Assembly: GCA_000934665.2 (NCBI GenBank)
Contig: JYFJ02003247.1
Location: forward strand, 1 to 44,673
Direction of reading: 5' to 3'
Length of the DNA: 44,673 nucleotides
From: Catajapyx aquilonaris
Lineage: Eukaryota
Shown here: one piece after another, positions 35,401-44,673 of the stretch
How positions within the stretch are numbered: the stretch's first letter is position 1
Layout of the letters: every line of letters begins with the position of its first letter
Made by a program: the position numbers and the translations under genes
The notes under the pieces: generated by a model
Seen by the model: the letters and a program-made list of their open reading frames with translations, nothing else
Database searches by the model: none
Told to the model about the DNA's origin: nothing

Positions 35401-37762
35401 GTAATTCTCCAAGTCACGAACTCGATGGTCTTGGCGGCGAATTGGAAAGACCCCCACACATTTTATATCGTATCTGCCTCGGCTGTACAACGTGCGCTTT
35501 CTCATTGGCTTCTTGGTAATAAAGCGAAGGGAATGAAGCAAAAAAATATAAAAAATCTCCAAAATGGCCAACGTGGTAGGAATTTATTTTGAAAACCCTC
35601 GGCCTCTTCCAGCCACGAAGGAATGCTGCTGACCTCCTAAGTAGACCTTATAATAGATTTACCGAGTTACCTTCGATGGCGTATGTAATAAGTCACCGCA
35701 CCTCTGCAAAAAGGTGTGGAGGGAAAAAAAGGCTGGGGGAAGAGCTTATGAACTGCAGCAAATCAACTTGTATTAGTTTCAATACCGGCAGTACTATTTT
35801 TTATATTGTCCAGTAGTATTCCTTGATCGCAACCTGGTCTATGCGGCAGGTTCTACATCCTGTTTTGACTGATTTCAAGCATCGCGAAAGTACCCTGGCG
35901 CAGCACTACCTGACTCAAACCTGACTTCACTCTTCACCAGCTACTCCTCTTCATGAGAGGAACCAGTTTAATTGCAAGATATATTGCTCAGCTTCCGCAC
36001 TTTTAAAATGTCCAAATGACCTCACCATTGTTGTAATTACTCCAAAGTTATAGCAACAACCATGGACCATACACAGTGTACAGTACTGTAGTTTTGCCTA
36101 TGTTAGGTCGAGTTCCCAGAATCGGTTCGAATATTGAATACAAAGGGGCCGTGTTTGGGTCTGAGTCGTGGCAGATGCGCTTTCAGTTCCTGAAAAATCG
36201 GAAGGACAAGAACAGCATTCAAAGAAGGCGGACAAAATCTTTTCTTCCGGAGGGAACGACTCCCTCTCCGTCCCCACAACGATTGGAAGACGCCTTTTTT
36301 TTAGTATGAGGAGGGGTGTGGTAGGGGGGGACATATGTCTTTTCCGAACTATGGCCCCACCGCTGCCTAAATCCTCCGGCAATTCGTTAGGGACACCTCC
36401 TAAGGGGGGGAGCCCAACTTCCGGGTGAAACCGGACTCTCTTTCCTGCCATTTTCCAGCATCCTCAGAGACCTGTGCCTCCACCAACTTCCACTTCCTTC
36501 CAGCTGACAATCGTTACCATAAGGAAGAGGAAGTAGGGACGCTTCGATCTGCAGGTCATTTCACCTCACATACCACAGCTCTTGTAAAAAAACAGCTTGA
36601 AATTTTTTGCGTCTCAGAACTTCATATCTGCCAATATTATTATCAACATACTCTACATACGTACATAAGGGTTGTCAATGCGGAAGTAATGGAGTTAATG
36701 GCTTGATGCTGCAAAATAATAGTGCGACATCGCTCCAAAATAATATTTGAATGCCTCGGATGGAAGAATTTAGACTTGCATCACTAGACTGACACAAGAC
36801 AGTGTACTTTGCTCGACAAAAGTAAAGGGGTGGTCCAGAGAAGGGCCCTTTTAGTTCAGAGTGGTCTGGAAGGGAAAACTTGCCACACCCAGCAAAAGGG
36901 ACTGCTCAAGAGATGGTTTTTTAAAGCGTCGATCCCATTTTCAAGTTCAAATATGACATAATTGCAACACCGATTCATTTCAGAGTGAAGACTTATCAAA
37001 AGCTTATTCTTTATCAAGGGATTGCACTTGACTGCATTTACAATAATATTCACCTTTCATATTTCCTAAATTCGATTATTCATGGCCTGCCGTTGGCTAT
37101 TTATCCTGTTGTGACTTACGTTGCACTTGATTCCCTCACGGAGGTTAACCACCAAACCTGTTCAAATTAATGAAACTTTTCTTGCATGCGCACATTTACG
37201 TTATTAATTAAATGATCCTCTTATCTGATCGCACCCGTATGGCGTGCAAGGTACCTCAATAAAATTTTAACGCTTGGCTTCTTCACCTAATAATTGCCCT
37301 TTTATCAGCAATTAAAAACCGCGTGACACTGACTGAGGAATTGCGGAACTAATTTGCCACACTACAGTTAAGCGCATTTTTGCCCAACTAATTAAACAAA
37401 TCGGTAGACTAAAACATTCACCTGGTCGATGCAGTATATGTTTTGTTTTGGCAAATCTAATTCATTTAGACAAGTCATGCGCTATACCTTAGAAACGGGC
37501 ATTTCTTCACCCGCCACAATTTTGTAAGCGCGATTATGTTTTCAGCGGCATGTGTACTGTTCCGCATGTAACAGGTAAATTAAGTACACCACTCGATTTC
37601 GCTAACGAAGTTATCACAAACACCGTACATACAGCTGAAAATAAAAATGTACTCACTTTTTCCCTTGACAAATTCTCCTCCTTCCTTAGTGGGAGTGGGT
37701 GTTTGTGCAAACACATGGCAGAATATGAGCACTAGTGAAAACAGCAAGTCCGTATTTGCCAT
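26023..37762 (-). CDS. Egfr: Epidermal growth factor receptor tyrosine kinase, full gene span, 15 coding exons, ~1487 aa
   Basis: Exons 37762-37657, 33287-33121, 33031-32863, 32509-31986, 31918-31617, 31556-31188, 31112-30836, 30479-30144, 29962-29826, 28845-28280, 28115-27885, 27737-27454, 27323-26954, ~26824-26657, 26480-26023, all phase-consistent. Domains: L1, furin-like, L2, extended Cys-rich, TM, kinase ([29 protein letters not shown]), tail motifs DAEEYL, RYCSDP, DDYLMP, DNPEY, SDHEYYN, C-terminal ETTV. Confidence 0.97.
26657..26824 (-). CDS. Egfr: Egfr C-tail exon (5' boundary ambiguous: 26824 or 26875)
   Basis: [19 protein letters not shown]...AYMDLI; several in-frame AG acceptors are available. 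Confidence 0.8.
26954..27323 (-). CDS. Egfr: Egfr C-tail exon
   Basis: DEKELIRNL...MDAEEYLQP...RYCSDPLK. Confidence 0.92.
27454..27737 (-). CDS. Egfr: Egfr kinase C-lobe exon
   Basis: [11 protein letters not shown]...[10 protein letters not shown]...[13 protein letters not shown]...ARDPARYL. Confidence 0.96.
27885..28115 (-). CDS. Egfr: Egfr kinase exon
   Basis: [19 protein letters not shown]...DFGLAKLL...PIKWLALE...SDVWAF. Confidence 0.97.
28280..28845 (-). CDS. Egfr: Egfr TM + juxtamembrane + kinase N-lobe exon
   Basis: [53 protein letters not shown]. Confidence 0.96.
28752..29359. repeat. Tandem duplication, 2 x ~300 bp (28752-29057 / 29058-29359), copying the Egfr TM-exon acceptor and first ~94 nt
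   Basis: Both copies start ccagtggtatccaaacagagccagaaatatgccaagaag and end aaccatcagcc(a/g)tcaatctgc, with scattered substitutions and indels. Confidence 0.93.
29469..29614. repeat. Inverted repeat (37-bp arms), likely the core of a degenerate MITE in an Egfr intron
   Basis: aatgtatggaaattgagagaatgatctgatgtcatca versus tgatgacgtcatatcgttctctcgttttccatacatt. Confidence 0.7.
29826..29962 (-). CDS. Egfr: Egfr juxtamembrane extracellular exon
   Basis: [48 protein letters not shown] acceptor, phase-2 GTAAGT donor. Confidence 0.92.
30144..30479 (-). CDS. Egfr: Egfr exon, extended (invertebrate-type) Cys-rich domain
   Basis: CPDGYYPEY...[11 protein letters not shown]...[14 protein letters not shown]...CRNYRIY. 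Confidence 0.95.
30836..31112 (-). CDS. Egfr: Egfr exon, Cys-rich domain
   Basis: [20 protein letters not shown]...[10 protein letters not shown]...CLPCHENC. Confidence 0.95.
31188..31556 (-). CDS. Egfr: Egfr exon, L2 / domain IV
   Basis: NLEVIGGR...[10 protein letters not shown]...ENKNLCFA...[13 protein letters not shown]. Confidence 0.95.
31617..31918 (-). CDS. Egfr: Egfr exon, L2 domain
   Basis: [12 protein letters not shown]...[14 protein letters not shown]...[11 protein letters not shown]...NLSYFR. Confidence 0.95.
31986..32509 (-). CDS. Egfr: Egfr exon, end of L1 plus furin-like Cys-rich domain II
   Basis: [16 protein letters not shown]...[33 protein letters not shown]. Confidence 0.95.
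32863..33031 (-). CDS. Egfr: Egfr exon, L1 domain
   Basis: [12 protein letters not shown]...[13 protein letters not shown]...LELPSLR. Confidence 0.95.
33121..33287 (-). CDS. Egfr: Egfr exon, L1 domain
   Basis: [40 protein letters not shown]...FIRE. Confidence 0.95.
37657..37762 (-). CDS. Egfr: Egfr first coding exon (signal peptide [20 protein letters not shown]...EFVKGK)
   Basis: Hydrophobic signal peptide; the phase-1 GTGAGT donor joins 33287 to give EFVKGK-ICIGT, matching the insect EGFR N-terminus as I recall it from Drosophila. Confidence 0.87.
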
Positions 37763-40700
37763 CTTCGCTTCGGTATACTACACTTGTACTATGCAACACT
37801 TCATGTTCACCGTTTCAAAAAAAAATATAGTAATGTACGTATATAAAATATTGCTATCTGTCACAGTCAATAAAAATTGCACACGTCACAACCACAGCTT
37901 CATTCAGGTAGAACGTTGGTCATGCAGCAACGCAGTTTGGGATGTCCTGAGATCTGGAGGCCGGTTCTCCTGCCCCGTGCCAGAGTCCAGGTCCGCCAGC
38001 GTGCGGACCAACAAAGGCCCACCACTGTTTGGCTTTTCTTCTTCCAAGCCATCACAGTGCAGGACCACAATAACGCAACATCACACATCTCCAAGTCCTC
38101 CACCTGTGCCTCTTCATCAAACCCCTTGGTTCCATTTCCTGCTACATGAAACAGTGCATTTTTGTCACACACTGGTCGTTCGAACCAAGCAGCAGCAGCA
38201 GCAGCGATGGATTTTGCTTACATGGTTGGCTTCAGATAATCGTTGGTGCATTTGACGGTTGTCGCGTGACATTGTGGCGTGGGTCGTGGGAAATTTACAA
38301 GCGTCGGCATTTCAACCCCTGGACCCCCAGCCTCTGATCACATTAAGGGCTAACAATTAAGCGCGGCTCGGTGGCCAGCCGGGACACCTGACGCCCACGG
38401 ACACCGCCTACCACCTGTTGTTGCCAGCTAAACAACACACCCTTTTGATACCGAGGACTTGCACCGGCTTTTGCATCGGCGTGCATACCAACCGGCAACC
38501 TCCTTCATCTTCCTCACTCTCCGCGTCCAATTACAAATTGTAGCGCCGCAATAAAAGGCAAAAGAGTTGATTGCCTGTTGCGAATGTGGGCAAAGGGGTC
38601 ACGTGAGCATGTCCTCCAAAAATGGCCCGAAGGTACGAATGCCCCCGAGGCTTTCTCCGATTTTCCCAAGCCTCCATGGGGGTAATGCAGAATAGACCTT
38701 GGCATAACAACAGCTGCCATTAGGCTAACAAGTGATTCCAATTATAGGCGGGCATTCCCAGGATTAGTCACCTCTGTAATTTTTCTATTTAAAGTAAGTA
38801 AAGCCTCCGTAAGGAGAAATGTCAACAATAGTTTCATGCCACGCATGAAGAAAAAAAAGTGAGGTTCTCTCACAAAGGACGCTATTACGCGGTACTTCAT
38901 TACTTCATTTCATGCCTTCACGATGATATTCTAAGTATGTTGTCACGTTCAAATAATGAAGCATCTCTGTTCTCGGTACGATTGTGGCTCGGAAATAGTT
39001 GGAAATATCGCGTCGTGGAATGGTATGTGATGATCGTAAGAAGAGCTAACTGCACATTTTTTTCGAGACGTCAACATCATTGTTCGTCAGCATCTTGTGT
39101 TCTGTAGCACAATGGCTGTGCATTCCGACTACCTAATTTACCACAAGAAAAGATTCCGAGAAAAAATACAAATACTTCCGTTCTGGGTAATAGTTTGGTG
39201 TCTCACAGGAGGAACATATCATTGATAATTTTCATCTGTACTTTCCGTTTGAGAATCAACGTTTAAGTAGCCCCGACAATTTACCTTTGCAAAATCTGCC
39301 TAGCTGCGTACTGAATGGGTCAACATATGGGTTATGTAACTATCAGGACAAAGCTATAGGGATGACGAACATACGCTATGGTATCTTGTTTTAGATAATA
39401 TCTTCGAAGATAAGCGACTATTATTCCAGGAAAGATTTTACAGCCCATTAATCAGAATGGGTCCCCGTCTAAGGTTAAGTTTGGCAAATGCAATATTATA
39501 CTGCAGATGATAGCAAGCCGTCGGTTTTTTAAATGTCTCGCTGTGTCCTCAAGGTTTCTTCCTTTGCAACACGTGTGAAACTCACTGAATACAGCATCCC
39601 GCGTGATAACCGATATCAAACGATGAGCGTCCCATTCTTGTAGGTCATGCTATAAGCGTCAGAAAAAAATTCACAGCATGAAGGAACGAGAATAGTAACT
39701 TGTCTTACTATCTACATCATATCGATTATTATCGTGTTCATTTTGCCCAAAAATATATTGCGGCCGCATTTTTACAATCTTGTCACTCGATATTATTCAC
39801 AAACGGTCGTCAAAATGCACGGAAAAGAGAGAGAGAGAGGTGCCAAGTTGAGTGCGTATTTCATGTCCCCTTTTGTTGTCCCTCACAAAGGAGTCCTCCA
39901 CATTACACGTTCCAGGATAGAGCCCCCCAAAACCTCTGGGCCCCGCTTGTCCTTTCTCCTGGGCGCCATGCACCCCCCTGAAACCCCCCATTCCTTGACG
40001 TCAGCAGATCCCATCATTCCCAGCACCATGGGGGTGCAGGCCAGGAATGAGCCCACTTGTGTTATGGACTCCCCTACTCACAGGAGGGGCTCCACCAACC
40101 AGGTGCTGGCCAGCTCTTTTCTCTTTCCCTTTTTTTCTCTCTCCTCCTTCCCTACCTGTACTTCATTATCCTCTTGTGTTGGGCTTAGTTCCTGGAGTAC
40201 CTACAGTTTTTTTGAATTCCTACACGCGGATGGTCAGTCAAACAGCGCCTGGGACTGACACATGGCCATCAATTTGCACGTGCTGGTCCCGAATTCCAGC
40301 CCCGCAAAAACCAAACGGACAGTTGAACAGTTAATTTCATGTCGGACCGCACCAGTACACTAGAAAAACAAGCTTCTAGTCAGATGTAACGCTTGATCCC
40401 TGAACTTGCACTGCGGCATGAGTTGCACACTAAGATCTGTTTGGAACCTAAATATTTTTGTCGGTTTAGACAAGGTTTGCAGAAGGTGGTATAAAAGCAA
40501 AGAGGAGGAATGTGTTTTTGGTGGTGGGGGCCGTCGTCTGGGAAGCGCGCCCTCAGGGCCTGCTGTGTGCAGGTGAGCCCCATGGAATCGTGAGGAGATG
40601 GCAGCCAAAAGGTTCTGGGAAGCAGTTCTCCCTCTGATGGTATTAATCACGGTTATTACACCGAGAAGGGTTGGAGAGAGGGTGAGATTGAGAAAGTGCA

Positions 40701-43700
40701 CGACAAAACGACTTTGGGGCGTCAACTACCTTGCCCACTCTTGCGACTTGAGTACGATTCAGCTTCGAGGAAAATAACACAACCAGAAATCTTTCGCAAG
40801 CCGAAGTCTTAATTTTCAGCCTCTTTTGTTCACCTCCACGCTAACTTTATAGTGGCTGATGTGGAGGAAGATTTAGGGGCCTCCAGAGCCGGTCCACACG
40901 GACAGAGAGCAATACATAAATTACCAGCTTAAGAGAGGTTGAGATTAAAGCATTCCAATGGCATCTTTTTCCTCGTCGGGTGTTGTGTTTGAGCTGAATA
41001 ACGAATAAGACCACGTCCTTACGATCCTGTCTCCAAGGAGACAGAGAAAAAAAAGCCTAATGCAACACAAAGTCTTTCTCATTAGGATCAGTTATTTTAT
41101 AAACCCGACTGAAATAATTAGCGCGTCTGATAGATACGTACATCAGCCTGCTTAACAACTGCATTTTGTCGACTATAATGGCGAAAGATCCTGAATTTAT
41201 GATCAGCCGAAAAAGAACCCCATAATGTAACTGGGCGCCAAGCAATGAATTGGCAACAAAGCTCTCCCTGAGCCAGGTTCGTAAAGAAGCCAGGAGGCAG
41301 GGGGGCTGACAAAATATACGATTTCCAACGTTTCCTTCATCACGAATCCTGCTGGAGCTGCAGCCTGCAAAAATCGCCAAACGAGAAGCAGCAAAAGATG
41401 GCCCGAGGGCTACAAAACTTGCTGCCGGCCAAGGACCTCGATCGACCCACGGCTTCCTCCGCCTCCGCACCTTGTACCTACGTCCACTACTAGCCTTCGA
41501 CCACCACCCCCCACCAACTAGTGGTCACCGAAATGGACAGTGGTCACCTCTGACCCCGCCGGTGTCAGGGTTCTCCTACGTGCCCAGCCAAAGGGCAGCC
41601 CCCCCTGTCCAGCCTTTTTCTCTGATTGACGATCGGTGGCCCCGTAGCGCTCAGGTGGTAATGAAAAGGCCTCCAACCTCAAGGTTGGTGAATATGGGCA
41701 AAAGTCGATGGCAGAGAGAGAGGGGGAAAAAATGTTCATCGCATTCCTGGAGGAAAATTCATTGCTGAGCGGCCTCTCCAGGCTAGCCTCTTGCGAAACC
41801 TGTTTCGAAGCCAAATGGCCAACAGGTTGGGGCCGCGGAAAAGGTTCCCGACATCAACCAGCTGACAAGGAGCTAAAGAAGGGGTAAGTGGGGTGGAAGG
41901 TGGGGGGGCACATAAGTGGTAATGGAGGGAAAATGGCCACTCAGATGACTACGGAGTCCGCTGGCATGATCATTCTGAAGACACATGTACGGGACGAGCC
42001 GAGGGAACTAAGCTGATTTTTTTCACCCCTTAGGCGATCGCGAATTCTCTATCCCGCCCCCTTGTCTCCTCTCATTACTGACAATGTGCACATGTATTTT
42101 CAAATTGCACTTAAAATGTAGAAGAAAATCGAAGATTCAAATTCGTTTGGCAGGCAGCCACGTTTCCCTGTTGTACTATGAATAGCCAAATATTAATCAC
42201 GAGTTAATTTCAGTGTGCATATACATGGTAAGAATGTTGGATTGTTCCACACAGCAATTAAATTCAGTTGCAAGCTTCATTTGCAAGGTTGCGTCAGTTA
42301 GTCTGCTTAAAATGCAACAGAAACGTGGTTCCGTGCCAAGAAGTCATATTGGAATGCATTTATTCATGTCGCGGAAAATGGTTCCTTAAAATTCTTCGCC
42401 GAAGTTTCTTACCTATATATCAGTGGCAAGTTTCGCAAAATGGTATTATTCCAGCGCCAATATTACTTTCAATAAAAAGCATGGGTGTTTAGATACAAGG
42501 CAATTATGCTATAGACATTTATGCTCTGGGCAATGCAGCAACGGCCTCTATGTTGGCCTATCTCCAATGATATAATGAGCCTATCTTATAAACAGCATTT
42601 ACTTAACACTCCTTTTTCCCTGCCACAAAAAGACTTCAAGACCTTGTGGGATTCCCGGCCAAGATTGTGGCAACATGTTACTGCAAGATGATTTAGAGTT
42701 TTATACAATGCAGCATCATAACAGTTTTTTAGACCCACGACTATAATTCCCTCGAGGCGCTATTACTTTCCATCTGCAAATATGGATAATTTCTTCGGTC
42801 TCTTGTGATCTAAACAGACTCCAGCTGCACGTTTCTCCATCACGACTTACATCGCACGTATGAAAATGTTACAGTTGGACAGGCAAAAAAAAAGGGCATC
42901 TCTTCACGAGCGTCAAAGTTTTGTGGGAATCTTGCATGACTACCAATTTGGGCAAGTGGCCTTGGCGTCAGACATGGCCCCGAGGAGATGGATGAAAGAA
43001 GTCCGAGAGACGTACAGGGAGAGATGACCTATCTTCGTGGAATCTCCTCTTGTGACATCTAAGAGGACGTTGCCAGCATCACCAAAATCTAATCAAGCTA
43101 CGAGGTGCCTACATGAAGAACTTCATCAATCACGTCTACACGCGTTGAACAGAACAGTGGACTCGTCACATCAAGTAAATTCTCCCGCGATGTACCGGCG
43201 CAGCTATTGTCCGACTGATCAACACCTATAAGTCTATGAGCACATGTTCTTTTGAGGTCCAGGTGAAACTAGGTAGGACGGAGGGGAGAGAAAAAAAACA
43301 CCCTGTCCCTATAATTTGAAGCTATCCACTCACTCTTCTTAATGAGGAGTTATGGCTTGGGGAAGAAAGAAACACCATGTCATCTATCGCATTTTTTCTA
43401 ATGACAGACATTATGTCGGCATCTCTCCAGACAGTTTTCAGACCCAAAAAAATAGGCAGAAACGACAGCACATCTCGAGGCTCTCTGACCGGACGTGCAA
43501 CGGTTTCAAATGTCGGTCATGGAATTAATTCAAGTGCGGCGCAATTGATAACCATCAGACAATAACATTTAAATAAGACGCGTTCTGCTCTAAAACGTCG
43601 CAAGCGAATATTAAAAACCCGGCGGGAAAGGAGAGCGCAACCGAATCACTATAAAGGGTGAAAGGAACAAGACAGCAACAGAACCAGAAGAATGCGACAA

Positions 43701-44549
43701 GGTGATCCCCTCCTCCATTCGCGACCCCAAAACATGCTCAGGACACGCTCCACTGACAAGGTTGCCTCCTGCTGCCTTCTTACAAGTCTCCCAACCCTCA
43801 AACTTCGAGGGCCACTTCAGCCCTGCCTTTTCTTCACGAAATTTCGCTAAAATCTTGGTCGGCCATCACTTTGGCTCGACAATGTTACCCCCTTCCTTCG
43901 ATCACACACCCACACACCCGTACCAAAAATGCAGCCTCGGGCCACTAATTACAGCGGGCAACCTTGGCCAGCGACTGAAGTCATTCTCATAAACCTGCGT
44001 CCACGTACATAAATTATGAAGTGGTATGGAGGGGGAAGGGGGCAGTAAACAGCTGAGGAGGCCTTCTCCTTGGTCCACGATCTCGTGCCCTTCTCTGCCG
44101 CCATTAACTTCTCCACCACGCCCACCCACTTTTTAGTAAAATAAAAATAACAAAAAATAAACGGAGCATCGAATCTCTCTATCGGGAGATGCCATTTTGC
44201 AGACTTGTCGGCGCAACGGTACAGAATGGTGGCGACATTACACGTGTCAACGGACAACGAACCTGTGACCAAGGAGGTATATAAAAAAAAGGAAAGATGC
44301 CCGGATGGGAGGCGCCTTCTAGAAGACGCGATCAGCGTGCTTCCCCTTCACCTCACCACAGTCCTCTTTAATGGGCCTTCCATCAATCCCTAAGTGACAA
44401 TCACATCGCTAAAGAAGTAAGCAAATCAGATCCGCATGTTAGTAAAATTAAGAAGCTTTCTGGGGCTTTGAGGCGTTGTAAATCAAGCAGTGTGAATTAG
44501 GACGTGGTCAAGCCTCCCCAACACCACACCTCCCCTTCAAAAGATTCTT

Positions 44550-44597
44550 GAAGAAGAAGAAGAAGAAGAAGAAGAAGAAGAAGAAGAAGAAGAAGAA
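44550..44597 (+). repeat. (GAA)16 microsatellite
   Basis: Perfect trinucleotide run. Confidence 0.95.
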
Positions 44598-44673
44598 GGG
44601 GAGATGACCCCCTGCGAGCCAAGCAGTGCATGCTTCAAGATCACGGAGAGGCCATTGCAGAGTGCTGGACGGT

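Noticed and set aside
37647..38255. 202-aa plus-strand ORF
   Set aside because: Antisense to the Egfr first exon and leader, with no recognisable domain

Overview
Eukaryotic, intron-containing DNA, most likely from a non-dipteran insect. It carries two complete receptor genes, both on the minus strand and in tandem. (1) Egfr: 15 coding exons, 37762->26023, about 1487 aa. (2) The activin/TGF-beta type I receptor baboon (babo, ALK4/5/7 class): 18472->3952, about 518-526 aa, with three mutually exclusive Cys-box exons for the ligand-binding domain. The introns are crowded with non-autonomous DNA transposons (PIF/Harbinger, Tc1/mariner, P-like and long foldback MITEs) and a tRNA-derived SINE. The most unusual observation is a ~300-bp tandem duplication in Egfr. 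It places a second intact splice acceptor, an in-frame shortened transmembrane segment, an immediate stop and a downstream AATAAA ahead of the real TM/kinase exon. This is a candidate route to a membrane-tethered, kinase-less decoy EGFR. All exon boundaries were read by eye from GT/AG signals, phase continuity and protein motifs; no database search was run.
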